Assembly (NCBI GenBank): GCA_964016885.1
Contig: OZ024743.1
Location: 92,442,001 to 92,506,000, forward strand
Direction: 5' to 3'
DNA length: 64,000 nucleotides
Origin: Eledone cirrhosa
Lineage: Eukaryota
The first letter of the stretch is position 1. Every line of letters starts with the position of its first letter. The translations under genes and the position numbers were made by a program. Of the stretch, positions 7,825 through 22,878 are shown in pieces. The notes under the pieces were generated by a model that was given only the letters and a program-made list of their open reading frames with translations, did not search any database and was not told the origin of the DNA.

Positions 7825-9083
7825 TTATTTTTTTAAAAAGTTAGTTTCTTTTCAGAGCTATTTATTTTTTAGTTCGGTGGCCGCTTAGGAAACCGAGCTG
7901 CTGTAAACATTTCCCTTTTTCTTTCTTTAGTTAGTTTGATTTGCAAGCTTTTCTCTCCAGTGTCTGTTAGTTTCAAAATAATTATGCACGCAAACTTTTT
8001 CCTTTCTTTCAACTCTACCCTTCGCATACACACTACTGCAAACGTCTTATAGGCTACCGACTGCAAAAACAGAGTTTGTTGATAATTTCAGATATTTCGA
8101 ACTTTTATTCCGTCCGCCTTCGGAAGTAGTGAGCCTGCTATATACGCTAGAAAATATTTATTGAACAAAGATTTGGCTGCTTTTTCTAGCATGTAAAATG
8201 AGGGTCCATTTATACCACTTTCCATCCTAATCAGAAACCATCATTTTAACACCGAGATTCAAAGAAAAGCTCCCATCACAACTGCTATCACTTTCGCATT
8301 TCCCTCTGAAAATATTAAGTCGAAACGAAAGAAAGTATTGAGCCAACACTAAGTGTGTCTATCGGTCACATAACGGGTTCCGGAGCCTACCTCTAATAGC
8401 TTTTGACACTAGAAAACACACTGGCAACCTTACTGCGGATGATAGCGAGTCTAAGAAGCTGATACAACCAAGCACACTCGCAGTCAGCGTCTGATACCTC
8501 GGTAAGGCGAGTGACAACTATGACAAAAAGTTCGTTGTTAGTGGACCAGCTCCTGCAAACGTCTTAGAAGCTACAGGCTGGAAAAACAGAGTTTGTTGAT
8601 AATTTCCGATGTTTCAAAGTTATATTCCGTCCGCCTTCGGAAGTAGTGAGCCTGCTATATACTCTAGAAAATATTTATTGAACAAAGATTTGGCTGCTTT
8701 TTCTAGCATGTAAAATGAGCACATTTCTTTAGAGCCGTTCGAATCGAAGATGATGGACATGTGTAATAATTAATTCGGAATGGGTATCGTAGCTAGTTAT
8801 TTGGCCGAGTTATATAAACAAAAAGAGAACATAAGTTTTAAAGACAGCAATATCGACAACTATGCGATACTCTCGTAGTTAATAACGTGTGCTAATTTAT
8901 AAATTAGATGAGATTTATGTAAAAGTTTATTAAGCAACCTAAATTGCTTGAAAATACTATGTTCTATGGTTGAAAGTATGAAAAATGTAAAACAGAAAAT
9001 TAAAGTATAAAAATTACTGTAAAAGAAAGGTGTTTAGTGAGTTGTTTTATACAATAAAACTATTAAATTGAGTGTAAGATTTC

Positions 9084-9203
9084 GTTTACGGCCATATCCC
9101 GCTGAAAACACCGGTTCTCGTCCGATCACCGAAGTTAAGCAACGTCGAGCCTAGTTAGTACTTGGATGGGTGACCGCTTGGGAACCCTAGGTGCCGTAAG
9201 CGT
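9084..9203 (+). rRNA. 5S rRNA: 5S rRNA copy 7
   Basis: Array-consensus 5S sequence. Confidence 0.97.
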
Positions 9204-10461
9204 TTATTTTTTTAAAAAATTAATTTCTTTTCAGAGCTGTTTATTTTTTACTTGGGTGAGCGCTTAGGAAACCGAGCTGCTGTAAACATTTCTCTTTTTC
9301 TTTCTTTAGTTAGTTTGATTTGCAAGCTTTTCTCTCCAGTGTCTGTTAGTTTCAAAATAATTATGCACGCAAACTTTTTCCTTTCTTTCAACTCTACCCT
9401 TCGCATACACACTACTGCAAACGTCTTATAGGCTACCGACTGCAAAAACAGAGTTTGTTGATAATTTCAGATATTTCGAACTTTTATTCCGTCCGCCTTC
9501 GGAAGTAGTGAGCCTGCTATATACGCTAGAAAATATTTATTGAACAAAGATTTGGCTGCTTTTTCTAGCATGTAAAATGAGGGTCCATTTATACCACTTT
9601 CCATCCTAATCAGAAACCATCATTTTAACACCGAGATTCAAAGAAAAGCTCCCATCACAACTGCTATCACTTTCGCATTTCCCTCTGAAAATATTAAGTC
9701 GAAACGAAAGAAAGTATTGAGCCAACACTAAGTGTGTCTATCGGTCACATAACGGGTTCCGGAGCCTACCTCTAATAGCTTTTGACACTAGAAAACACAC
9801 TGGCAACCTTACTGCGGATGATAGCGAGTCTAAGAAGCTGATACAACCAAGCAACTCGCAGTCAGCGTCTGATACCTCGGTAAGGCGAGTGACAACTATG
9901 ACAAAAAGTTCGTTGTTAGTGGACCAGCTCCTGCAAACGTCTTAGAAGCTACAGGCTGGAAAAACAGAGTTTGTTGATAATTTCCGATGTTTCAAAGTTA
10001 TATTCCGTCCGCCTTCGGAAGTAGTGAGCCTGCTATATACTCTAGAAAATATTTATTGAACAAAGATTTGGCTGCTTTTTCTAGCATGTAAAATGAGCAC
10101 ATTTCTTTAGAGCCGTTCGAATCGAAGATGATGGACATGTGTAATAATTAATTCGGAATGGGTATCGTAGCTAGTTATTTGGCCGAGTTATATAAACAAA
10201 AAGAGAACATAAGTTTTAAAGACAGCAATATCGACAACTATGCAATACTCTCGTAGTTAATAACGTGTGCTAATTTATAAATTAGATGAGATTTATGTAA
10301 AAGTTTATTAAGCAACCTAAATTGCTTGAAAATACTATGTTCTATGGTTGAAAGTATGAAAAATGTAAAACAGAAAATTAAAGTATAAAAATTACTGTAA
10401 AAGAAAGGTGTTTAGTGAGTTGTTTTATACAATAAAACTATTAAATTGAGTGTAAGATTTC

Positions 10462-10581
10462 GTTTACGGCCATATCCCGCTGAAAACACCGGTTCTCGTC
10501 CGATCACCGAAGTTAAGCAACGTCGAGCCTAGTTAGTACTTGGATGGGTGACCGCTTGGGAACCCTAGGTGCCGTAAGCGT
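10462..10581 (+). rRNA. 5S rRNA: 5S rRNA copy 8
   Basis: Array-consensus 5S sequence. Confidence 0.97.
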
Positions 10582-11841
10582 TTATTTTTTTAAAAAGTTA
10601 ATTTCTTTTCAGAGCTATTTATTTTTTAGTTCGGTGGCCGCTTAGGAAACCGAGCTGCTCTAAACATTTCCCTTTTTCTTTCTTTAGTTAGTTTGATTTG
10701 CAAGCTTTTCTCTCCAGTGTCTGTTAGTTTCAAAATAATTATGCACGCAAACTTTTTCCTTTCTTTCAACTCTACCCTTCGCATACACACTACTGCAAAC
10801 GTCTTATAGGCTACCGACTGCAAAAACAGAGTTTGTTGATAATTTCAGATATTTCGAACTTTTATTCCGTCCGCCTTCGGAAGTAGTGAGCCTGCTATAT
10901 ACGCTAGAAAATATTTATTGAACAAAGATTTGGCTGCTTTTTCTAGCATGTAAAATGAGGGTCCATTTATACCACTTTCCATCCTAATCAGAAACCATCA
11001 TTTTAACACCGAGATTCAAAGAAAAGCTCCCATCACAACTGCTATCACTTTCGCATTTCCCTCTGAAAATATTAAGTCGAAACGAAAGAAAGTATTGAGC
11101 CAACACTAAGTGTGTCTATCGGTCACATAACGGGTTCCGGAGCCTACCTCTAATAGCTTTTGACACTAGAAAACACACTGGCAACCTTACTGCGGATGAT
11201 AGCGAGTCTAAGAAGCTGATACAACCAAGCAGACTCGCAGTCAGCGTCTGATACCTCGGTAAGGCGAGTGGCCAACTATGACAAAAAGTTCGTTGTTAGT
11301 GGACCAGCTCCTGCAAACGTCTTAGAAGCTACAGGCTGGAAAAACAGAGTTTGTTGATAATTTCCGATGTTTCAAAGTTATATTCCGTCCGCCTTCGGAA
11401 GTAGTGAGCCTGCTATATACTCTAGAAAATATTTATTGAACAAAGATTTGGCTGCTTTTTCTAGCATGTAAAATGAGCACATTTCTTTAGAGCCGTTCGA
11501 ATCGAAGATGATGGACATGTGTAATAATTAATTCGGAATGGGTATCGTAGCTAGTTATTTGGCCGAGTTATATAAACAAAAAGAGAACATAAGTTTTAAA
11601 GACAGCAATATCGACAACTATGCGATACTCTCGTAGTTAATAACGTGTGCTAATTTATAAATTAGATGAGATTTATGTAAAAGTTTATTAAGCAACCTAA
11701 ATTGCTTGAAAATACTATGTTCTATGGTTGAAAGTATGAAAAATGTAAAACAGAAAATTAAAGTATAAAAATTACTGTAAAAGAAAGGTGTTTAGTGAGT
11801 TGTTTTATACAATAAAACTATTAAATTGAGTGTAAGCTTTC

Positions 11842-11961
11842 GTTTACGGCCATATCCCGCTGAAAACACCGGTTCTCGTCCGATCACCGAAGTTAAGCAA
11901 CGTCGAGCCTAGTTAGTACTTGGATGGGTGACCGCTTGGGAACCCTAGGTGCCGTAAGCGT
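11842..11961 (+). rRNA. 5S rRNA: 5S rRNA copy 9
   Basis: Array-consensus 5S sequence. Confidence 0.97.
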
Positions 11962-13221
11962 TTATTTTTTTAAAAAGTTAATTTCTTTTCAGAGCTGTTT
12001 ATTTTTTACTTGGGTGAGCGCTTAGGAAACCGAGCTGCTGTAAACATTTCCCTTTTTCTTTCTTTAGTTAGTTTGATTTGCAAGCTTTTCTCTCCAGTGT
12101 CTGTTAGTTTCAAAATAATTATGCACGCAAACTTTTTCCTTTCTTTCAACTCTACCCTTCGCATACACACTACTGCAAACGTCTTATAGGCTACCGACTG
12201 CAAAAACAGAGTTTGTTGATAATTTCAGATATTTCGAACTTTTATTCCGTCCGCCTTCGGAAGTAGTGAGCCTGCTATATACGCTAGAAAATATTTATTG
12301 AACAAAGATTTGGCTGCTTTTTCTAGCATGTAAAATGAGGGTCCATTTATACCACTTTCCATCCTAATCAGAAACCATCATTTTAACACCGAGATTCAAA
12401 GAAAAGCTCCCATCACAACTGCTATCACTTTCGCATTTCCCTCTGAAAATATTAAGTCGAAACGAAAGAAAGTATTGAGCCAACACTAAGTGTGTCTATC
12501 GGTCACATAACGGGTTCCGGAGCCTACCTCTAATAGCTTTTGACACTAGAAAACACACTGGCAACCTTACTGCGGATGATAGCGAGTCTAAGAAGCTGAT
12601 ACAACCAAGCAGACTCGCAGTCAGCGTCTGATACCTCGGTAAGGCGAGTGGCCAACTATGACAAAAAGTTCGTTGTTAGTGGACCAGCTCCTGCAAACGT
12701 CTTAGAAGCTACAGGCTGGAAAAACAGAGTTTGTTGATAATTTCCGATGTTTCAAAGTTATATTCCGTCCGCCTTCGGAAGTAGTGAGCCTGCTATATAC
12801 TCTAGAAAATATTTATTGAACAAAGATTTGGCTGCTTTTTCTAGCATGTAAAATGAGCACATTTCTTTAGAGCCGTTCGAATCGAAGATGATGGACATGT
12901 GTAATAATTAATTCGGAATGGGTATCGTAGCTAGTTATTTGGCCGAGTTATATAAACAAAAAGAGAACATAAGTTTTAAAGACAGCAATATCGACAACTA
13001 TGCGATACTCTCGTAGTTAATAACGTGTGCTAATTTAAAAGTTAGATGAGATTTATGCAAAAGTTTATTAAGCAACCTAAATTGCTTGAAAATACTATGT
13101 TCTATGGTTGAAAGTATGAAAAATGTAAAATAGAAAATTAAAGTATAAAAATTACTGTAAAAGAAAGGTGTTTAGTGAGTTGTTTTATACAATAAAACTA
13201 TTAAATTGAGTGTAAGCTTTC

Positions 13222-13341
13222 GTTTACGGCCATATCCCGCTGAAAACACCGGTTCTCGTCCGATCACCGAAGTTAAGCAACGTCGAGCCTAGTTAGTACT
13301 TGGATGGGTGACCGCTTGGGAACCCTAGGTGCCGTAAGCGT
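13222..13341 (+). rRNA. 5S rRNA: 5S rRNA copy 10
   Basis: Array-consensus 5S sequence. Confidence 0.97.
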
Positions 13342-14600
13342 TTATTTTTTTAAAAAGTTAATTTCTTTTCAGAGCTGTTTATTTTTTACTTGGGTGAGCG
13401 CTTAGGAAACCGAGCTGCTGTAAACATTTCCCTTTTTCTTTCTTTAGTTAGTTTGATTTGCAAGCTTTTCTCTCCAGTGTCTGTTAGTTTCAAAATAATT
13501 ATGCACGCAAACTTTTTCCTTTCTTTCAACTCTACCCTTCGCATACACACTACTGCAAACGTCTTATAGGCTACCGACTGCAAAAACAGAGTTTGTTGAT
13601 AATTTCAGATATTTCGAACTTTTATTCCGTCCGCCTTCGGAAGTAGTGAGCCTGCTATATACGCTAGAAAATATTTATTGAACAAAGATTTGGCTGCTTT
13701 TTCTAGCATGTAAAATGAGGGTCCATTTATACCACTTTCCATCCTAATCAGAAACCATCATTTTAACACCGAGATTCAAAGAAAAGCTCCCATCACAACT
13801 GCTATCACTTTCGCATTTCCCTCTGAAAATATTAAGTCGAAACGAAAGAAAGTATTGAGCCAACACTAAGTGTGTCTATCGGTCACATAACGGGTTCCGG
13901 AGCCTACCTCTAATAGCTTTTGACACTAGAAAACACACTGGCAACCTTACTGCGGATGATAGCGAGTCTAAGAAGCTGATACAACCAAGCACACTCGCAG
14001 TCAGCGTCTGATACCTCGGTAAGGCGAGTGACAACTATGACAAAAAGTTCGTTGTTAGTGGACCAGCTCCTGCAAACGTCTTAGAAGCTACAGGCTGGAA
14101 AAACAGAGTTTGTTGATAATTTCCGATGTTTCAAAGTTATATTCCGTCCGCTTTCGGAAGTAGTGAGCCTGCTATATACTCTAGAAAATATTTATTGAAC
14201 AAAGATTTGGCTGCTTTTTCTAGCATGTAAAATGAGCACATTTCTTTAGAGCCGTTCGAATCGAAGATGATGGACATGTGTAATAATTAATTCGGAATGG
14301 GTATCGTAGCTAGTTATTTGGCCGAGTTATATAAACAAAAAGAGAACATAAGTTTTAAAGACAGCAATATCGACAACTATGCGATACTCTCGTAGTTAAT
14401 AACGTGTGCTAATTTATAAATTAGATGAGATTTATGTAAAAGTTTATTAAGCAACCTAAATTGCTTGAAAATACTATGTTCTATGGTTGAAAGTATGAAA
14501 AATGTAAAACAGAAAATTAAAGTATAAAAATTACTGTAAAAGAAAGGTGTTTAGTGAGTTGTTTTATACAATAAAACTATTAAATTGAGTGTAAGATATC

Positions 14601-14720
14601 GTTTACGGCCATATCCCGCTGAAAACACCGGTTCTCGTCCGATCACCGAAGTTAAGCAACGTCGAGCCTAGTTAGTACTTGGATGGGTGACCGCTTGGGA
14701 ACCCTAGGTGCCGTAAGCGT
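14601..14720 (+). rRNA. 5S rRNA: 5S rRNA copy 11
   Basis: Array-consensus 5S sequence. Confidence 0.97.
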
Positions 14721-15980
14721 TTATTTTTTTAAAAAGTTAATTTCTTTTCAGAGCTATTTATTTTTTAGTTCGGTGGCCGCTTAGGAAACCGAGCTGCTGT
14801 AAACATTTCCCTTTTTCTTTCTTTAGTTAGTTTGATTTGCAAGCTTTTCTCTCCAGTGTCTGTTAGTTTCAAAATAATTATGCACGCAAACTTTTTCCTT
14901 TCTTTCAACTCTACCCTTCGCATACACACTACTGCAAACGTCTTATAGGCTACCGACTGCAAAAACAGAGTTTGTTGATAATTTCAGATATTTCGAACTT
15001 TTATTCCGTCCGCCTTCGGAAGTAGTGAGCCTGCTATATACGCTAGAAAATATTTATTGAACAAAGATTTGGCTGCTTTTTCTAGCATGTAAAATGAGGG
15101 TCCATTTATACCACTTTCCATCCTAATCAGAAACCATCATTTTAACACCGAGATTCAAAGAAAAGCTCCCATCACAACTGCTATCACTTTCGCATTTCCC
15201 TCTGAAAATATTAAGTCGAAACGAAAGAAAGTATTGAGCCAACACTAAGTGTGTCTATCGGTCACATAACGGGTTCCGGAGCCTACCTCTAATAGCTTTT
15301 GACACTAGAAAACACACTGGCAACCTTACTGCGGATGATAGCGAGTCTAAGAAGCTGATACAACCAAGCAGACTCGCAGTCAGCGTCTGATACCTCGGTA
15401 AGGCGAGTGGCCAACTATGACAAAAAGTTCGTTGTTAGTGGACCAGCTCCTGCAAACGTCTTAGAAGCTACAGGCTGGAAAAACAGAGTTTGTTGATAAT
15501 TTCCGATGTTTCAAAGTTATATTCCGTCCGCCTTCGGAAGTAGTGAGCCTGCTATATACTCTAGAAAATATTTATTGAACAAAGATTTGGCTGCTTTTTC
15601 TAGCATGTAAAATGAGCACATTTCTTTAGAGCCGTTCGAATCGAAGATGATGGACATGTGTAATAATTAATTCGGAATGGGTATCGTAGCTAGTTATTTG
15701 GCCGAGTTATATAAACAAAAAGAGAACATAAGTTTTAAAGACAGCAATATCGACAACTATGCGATACTCTCGTAGTTAATAACGTGTGCTAATTTATAAA
15801 TTAGATGAGATTTATGTAAAAGTTTATTAAGCAACCTAAATTGCTTGAAAATACTATGTTCTATGGTTGAAAGTATGAAAAATGTAAAACAGAAAATTAA
15901 AGTATAAAAATTACTGTAAAAGAAAGGTGTTTAGTGAGTTGTTTTATACAATAAAACTATTAAATTGAGTGTAAGCTTTC

Positions 15981-16100
15981 GTTTACGGCCATATCCCGCT
16001 GAAAACACCGGTTCTCGTCCGATCACCGAAGTTAAGCAACGTCGAGCCTAGTTAGTACTTGGATGGGTGACCGCTTGGGAACCCTAGGTGCCGTAAGCGT
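15981..16100 (+). rRNA. 5S rRNA: 5S rRNA copy 12
   Basis: Array-consensus 5S sequence. Confidence 0.97.
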
Positions 16101-17360
16101 TTATTTTTTTAAAAAGTTAATTTCTTTTCAGAGCTATTTATTTTTTAGTTCGGTGGCCGCTTAGGAAACCGAGCTGCTGTAAACATTTCCCTTTTTCTTT
16201 CTTTAGTTAGTTTGATTTGCAAGCTTTTCTCTCCAGTGTCTGTTAGTTTCAAAATAATTATGCACGCAAACTTTTTCCTTTCTTTCAACTCTACCCTTCG
16301 CATACACACTACTGCAAACGTCTTATAGGCTACCGACTGCAAAAACAGAGTTTGTTGATAATTTCAGATATTTCGAACTTTTATTCCGTCCGCCTTCGGA
16401 AGTAGTGAGCCTGCTATATACGCTAGAAAATATTTATTGAACAAAGATTTGGCTGCTTTTTCTAGCATGTAAAATGAGGGTCCATTTATACCACTTTCCA
16501 TCCTAATCAGAAACCATCATTTTAACACCGAGATTCAAAGAAAAGCTCCCATCACAACTGCTATCACTTTCGCATTTCCCTCTGAAAATATTAAGTCGAA
16601 ACGAAAGAAAGTATTGAGCCAACACTAAGTGTGTCTATCGGTCACATAACGGGTTCCGGAGCCTACCTCTAATAGCTTTTGACACTAGAAAACACACTGG
16701 CAACCTTACTGCGGATGATAGCGAGTCTAAGAAGCTGATACAACCAAGCAGACTCGCAGTCAGCGTCTGATACCTCGGTAAGGCGAGTGGCCAACTATGA
16801 CAAAAAGTTCGTTGTTAGTGGACCAGCTCCTGCAAACGTCTTAGAAGCTACAGGCTGGAAAAACAGAGTTTGTTGATAATTTCCGATGTTTCAAAGTTAT
16901 ATTCCGTCCGCCTTCGGAAGTAGTGAGCCTGCTATATACTCTAGAAAATATTTATTGAACAAAGATTTGGCTGCTTTTTCTAGCATGTAAAATGAGCACA
17001 TTTCTTTAGAGCCGTTCGAATCGAAGATGATGGACATGTGTAATAATTAATTCGGAATGGGTATCGTAGCTAGTTATTTGGCCGAGTTATATAAACAAAA
17101 AGAGAACATAAGTTTTAAAGACAGCAATATCGACAACTATGCGATACTCTCGTAGTTAATAACGTGTGCTAATTTATAAATTAGATGAGATTTATGTAAA
17201 AGTTTATTAAGCAACCTAAATTGCTTGAAAATACTATGTTCTATGGTTGAAAGTATGAAAAATGTAAAACAGAAAATTAAAGTATAAAAATTACTGTAAA
17301 AGAAAGGTGTTTAGTGAGTTGTTTTATACAATAAAACTATTAAATTGAGTGTAAGATATC

Positions 17361-17480
17361 GTTTACGGCCATATCCCGCTGAAAACACCGGTTCTCGTCC
17401 GATCACCGAAGTTAAGCAACGTCGAGCCTAGTTAGTACTTGGATGGGTGACCGCTTGGGAACCCTAGGTGCCGTAAGCGT
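17361..17480 (+). rRNA. 5S rRNA: 5S rRNA copy 13
   Basis: Array-consensus 5S sequence. Confidence 0.97.
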
Positions 17481-18739
17481 TTATTTTTTTAAAAAGTTAA
17501 TTTCTTTTCAGAGCTATTTATTTTTTAGTTCGGTGGCCGCTTAGGAAACCGAGCTGCTGTAAACATTTCCCTTTTTCTTTCTTTAGTTAGTTTGATTTGC
17601 AAGCTTTTCTCTCCAGTGTCTGTTAGTTTCAAAATAATTATGCACGCAAACTTTTTCCTTTCTTTCAACTCTACCCTTCGCATACACACTACTGCAAACG
17701 TCTTATAGGCTACCGACTGCAAAAACAGAGTTTGTTGATAATTTCAGATATTTCGAACTTTTATTCCGTCCGCCTTCGGAAGTAGTGAGCCTGCTATATA
17801 CGCTAGAAAATATTTATTGAACAAAGATTTGGCTGCTTTTTCTAGCATGTAAAATGAGGGTCCATTTATACCACTTTCCATCCTAATCAGAAACCATCAT
17901 TTTAACACCGAGATTCAAAGAAAAGCTCCCATCACAACTGCTATCACTTTCGCATTTCCCTCTGAAAATATTAAGTCGAAACGAAAGAAAGTATTGAGCC
18001 AACACTAAGTGTGTCTATCGGTCACATAACGGGTTCCGGAGTCTACCTCTAATAGCTTTTGACACTAGAAAACACACTGGCAACCTTACTGCGGATGATA
18101 GCGAGTCTAAGAAGCTGATACAACCAAGCACACTCGCAGTCAGCGTCTGATACCTCGGTAAGGCGAGTGACAACTATGACAAAAAGTTCGTTGTTAGTGG
18201 ACCAGCTCCTGCAAACGTCTTAGAAGCTACAGGCTGGAAAAACAGAGTTTGTTGATAATTTCCGATGTTTCAAAGTTATATTCCGTCCGCCTTCGGAAGT
18301 AGTGAGCCTGCTATATACTCTAGAAAATATTTATTGAACAAAGATTTGGCTGCTTTTTCTAGCATGTAAAATGAGCACATTTCTTTAGAGCCGTTCGAAT
18401 CGAAGATGATGGACATGTGTAATAATTAATTCGGAATGGGTATCGTAGCTAGTTATTTGGCCGAGTTATATAAACAAAAAGAGAACATAAGTTTTAAAGA
18501 CAGCAATATCGACAACTATGCGATACTCTCGTAGTTAATAACGTGTGCTAATTTATAAATTAGATGAGATTTATGCAAAAGTTTATTAAGCAACCTAAAT
18601 TGCTTGAAAATACTATGTTCTATGGTTGAAAGTATGAAAAATGTAAAATAGAAAATTAAAGTATAAAAATTACTGTAAAAGAAAGGTGTTTAGTGAGTTG
18701 TTTTATACAATAAAACTATTAAATTGAGTGTAAGATTTC

Positions 18740-18859
18740 GTTTACGGCCATATCCCGCTGAAAACACCGGTTCTCGTCCGATCACCGAAGTTAAGCAACG
18801 TCGAGCCTAGTTAGTACTTGGATGGGTGACCGCTTGGGAACCCTAGGTGCCGTAAGCGT
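18740..18859 (+). rRNA. 5S rRNA: 5S rRNA copy 14
   Basis: Array-consensus 5S sequence. Confidence 0.97.
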
Positions 18860-20118
18860 TTATTTTTTTAAAAAATTAATTTCTTTTCAGAGCTGTTTAT
18901 TTTTTACTTGGGTGAGCGCTTAGGAAACCGAGCTGCTGTAAACATTTCCCTTTTTCTTTCTTTAGTTAGTTTGATTTGCAAGCTTTTCTCTCCAGTGTCT
19001 GTTAGTTTCAAAATAATTATGCACGCAAACTTTTTCCTTTCTTTCAACTCTACCCTTCGCATACACACTACTGCAAACGTCTTATAGGCTACCGACTGCA
19101 AAAACAGAGTTTGTTGATAATTTCAGATATTTCGAACTTTTATTCCGTCCGCCTTCGGAAGTAGTGAGCCTGCTATATACGCTAGAAAATATTTATTGAA
19201 CAAAGATTTGGCTGCTTTTTCTAGCATGTAAAATGAGGGTCCATTTATACCACTTTCCATCCTAATCAGAAACCATCATTTTAACACCGAGATTCAAAGA
19301 AAAGCTCCCATCACAACTGCTATCACTTTCGCATTTCCCTCTGAAAATATTAAGTCGAAACGAAAGAAAGTATTGAGCCAACACTAAGTGTGTCTATCGG
19401 TCACATAACGGGTTCCGGAGTCTACCTCTAATAGCTTTTGACACTAGAAAACACACTGGCAACCTTACTGCGGATGATAGCGAGTCTAAGAAGCTGATAC
19501 AACCAAGCACACTCGCAGTCAGCGTCTGATACCTCGGTAAGGCGAGTGACAACTATGACAAAAAGTTCGTTGTTAGTGGACCAGCTCCTGCAAACGTCTT
19601 AGAAGCTACAGGCTGGAAAAACAGAGTTTGTTGATAATTTCCGATGTTTCAAAGTTATATTCCGTCCGCCTTCGGAAGTAGTGAGCCTGCTATATACTCT
19701 AGAAAATATTTATTGAACAAAGATTTGGCTGCTTTTTCTAGCATGTAAAATGAGCACATTTCTTTAGAGCCGTTCGAATCGAAGATGATGGACATGTGTA
19801 ATAATTAATTCGGAATGGGTATCGTAGCTAGTTATTTGGCCGAGTTATATAAACAAAAAGAGAACATAAGTTTTAAAGACAGCAATATCGACAACTATGC
19901 GATACTCTCGTAGTTAATAACGTGTGCTAATTTATAAATTAGATGAGATTTATGTAAAAGTTTATTAAGCAACCTAAATTGCTTGAAAATACTATGTTCT
20001 ATGGTTGAAAGTATGAAAAATGTAAAACAGAAAATTAAAGTATAAAAATTACTGTAAAAGAAAGGTGTTTAGTGAGTTGTTTTATACAATAAAACTATTA
20101 AATTGAGTGTAAGCTTTC

Positions 20119-20238
20119 GTTTACGGCCATATCCCGCTGAAAACACCGGTTCTCGTCCGATCACCGAAGTTAAGCAACGTCGAGCCTAGTTAGTACTTGG
20201 ATGGGTGACCGCTTGGGAACCCTAGGTGCCGTAAGCGT
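20119..20238 (+). rRNA. 5S rRNA: 5S rRNA copy 15
   Basis: Array-consensus 5S sequence. Confidence 0.97.
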
Positions 20239-21498
20239 TTATTTTTTTAAAAAGTTAATTTCTTTTCAGAGCTATTTATTTTTTAGTTCGGTGGCCGCTT
20301 AGGAAACCGAGCTGCTGTAAACATTTCCCTTTTTCTTTCTTTAGTTAGTTTGATTTGCAAGCTTTTCTCTCCAGTGTCTGTTAGTTTCAAAATAATTATG
20401 CACGCAAACTTTTTCCTTTCTTTCAACTCTACCCTTCGCATACACACTACTGCAAACGTCTTATAGGCTACCGACTGCAAAAACAGAGTTTGTTGATAAT
20501 TTCAGATATTTCGAACTTTTATTCCGTCCGCCTTCGGAAGTAGTGAGCCTGCTATATACGCTAGAAAATATTTATTGAACAAAGATTTGGCTGCTTTTTC
20601 TAGCATGTAAAATGAGGGTCCATTTATACCACTTTCCATCCTAATCAGAAACCATCATTTTAACACCGAGATTCAAAGAAAAGCTCCCATCACAGCTGCT
20701 ATCACTTTCGCATTTCCCTCTGAAAATATTAAGTCGAAACGAAAGAAAGTATTGAGCCAACACTAAGTGTGTCTATCGGTCACATAACGGGTTCCGGAGC
20801 CTACCTCTAATAGCTTTTGACACTAGAAAACACACTGGCAACCTTACTGCGGATGATAGCGAGTCTAAGAAGCTGATACAACCAAGCAGACTCGCAGTCA
20901 GCGTCTGATACCTCGGTAAGGCGAGTGGCCAACTATGACAAAAAGTTCGTTGTTAGTGGACCAGCTCCTGCAAACGTCTTAGAAGCTACAGGCTGGAAAA
21001 ACAGAGTTTGTTGATAATTTCCGATGTTTCAAAGTTATATTCCGTCCGCCTTCGGAAGTAGTGAGCCTGCTATATACTCTAGAAAATATTTATTGAACAA
21101 AGATTTGGCTGCTTTTTCTAGCATGTAAAATGAGCACATTTCTTTAGAGCCGTTCGAATCGAAGATGATGGACATGTGTAATAATTAATTAGGAATGGGT
21201 ATCGTAGCTAGTTATTTGGCCGAGTTATATAAACAAAAAGAGAACATAAGTTTTAAAGACAGCAATATCGACAACTATGCGATACTCTCGTAGTTAATAA
21301 CGTGTGCTAATTTAAAAGTTAGATGAGATTTATGCAAAAGTTTATTAAGCAACCTAAATTGCTTGAAAATACTATGTTCTATGGTTGAAAGTATGAAAAA
21401 TGTAAAATAGAAAATTAAAGTATAAAAATTACTGTAAAAGAAAGGTGTTTAGTGAGTTGTTTTATACAATAAAACTATTAAATTGAGTGTAAGCTTTC

Positions 21499-21618
21499 GT
21501 TTACGGCCATATCCCGCTGAAAACACCGGTTCTCGTCCGATCACCGAAGTTAAGCAACGTCGAGCCTAGTTAGTACTTGGATGGGTGACCGCTTGGGAAC
21601 CCTAGGTGCCGTAAGCGT
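21499..21618 (+). rRNA. 5S rRNA: 5S rRNA copy 16
   Basis: Array-consensus 5S sequence. Confidence 0.97.
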
Positions 21619-22878
21619 TTATTTTTTTAAAAAGTTAATTTCTTTTCAGAGCTGTTTATTTTTTACTTGGGTGAGCGCTTAGGAAACCGAGCTGCTGTAA
21701 ACATTTCCCTTTTTCTTTCTTTAGTTAGTTTGATTTGCAAGCTTTTCTCTCCAGTGTCTGTTAGTTTCAAAATAATTATGCACGCAAACTTTTTCCTTTC
21801 TTTCAACTCTACCCTTCGCATACACACTACTGCAAACGTCTTATAGGCTACCGACTGCAAAAACAGAGTTTGTTGATAATTTCAGATATTTCGAACTTTT
21901 ATTCCGTCCGCCTTCGGAAGTAGTGAGCCTGCTATATACGCTAGAAAATATTTATTGAACAAAGATTTGGCTGCTTTTTCTAGCATGTAAAATGAGGGTC
22001 CATTTATACCACTTTCCATCCTAATCAGAAACCATCATTTTAACACCGAGATTCAAAGAAAAGCTCCCATCACAGCTGCTATCACTTTCGCATTTCCCTC
22101 TGAAAATATTAAGTCGAAACGAAAGAAAGTATTGAGCCAACACTAAGTGTGTCTATCGGTCACATAACGGGTTCCGGAGCCTACCTCTAATAGCTTTTGA
22201 CACTAGAAAACACACTGGCAACCTTACTGCGGATGATAGCGAGTCTAAGAAGCTGATACAACCAAGCAGACTCGCAGTCAGCGTCTGATACCTCGGTAAG
22301 GCGAGTGGCCAACTATGACAAAAAGTTCGTTGTTAGTGGACCAGCTCCTGCAAACGTCTTAGAAGCTACAGGCTGGAAAAACAGAGTTTGTTGATAATTT
22401 CCGATGTTTCAAAGTTATATTCCGTCCGCCTTCGGAAGTAGTGAGCCTGCTATATACTCTAGAAAATATTTATTGAACAAAGATTTGGCTGCTTTTTCTA
22501 GCATGTAAAATGAGCACATTTCTTTAGAGCCGTTCGAATCGAAGATGATGGACATGTGTAATAATTAATTCGGAATGGGTATCGTAGCTAGTTATTTGGC
22601 CGAGTTATATAAACAAAAAGAGAACATAAGTTTTAAAGACAGCAATATCGACAACTATGCGATACTCTCGTAGTTAATAACGTGTGCTAATTTAAAAGTT
22701 AGATGAGATTTATGCAAAAGTTTATTAAGCAACCTAAATTGCTTGAAAATACTATGTTCTATGGTTGAAAGTATGAAAAATGTAAAATAGAAAATTAAAG
22801 TATAAAAATTACTGTAAAAGAAAGGTGTTTAGTGAGTTGTTTTATACAATAAAACTATTAAATTGAGTGTAAGCTTTC

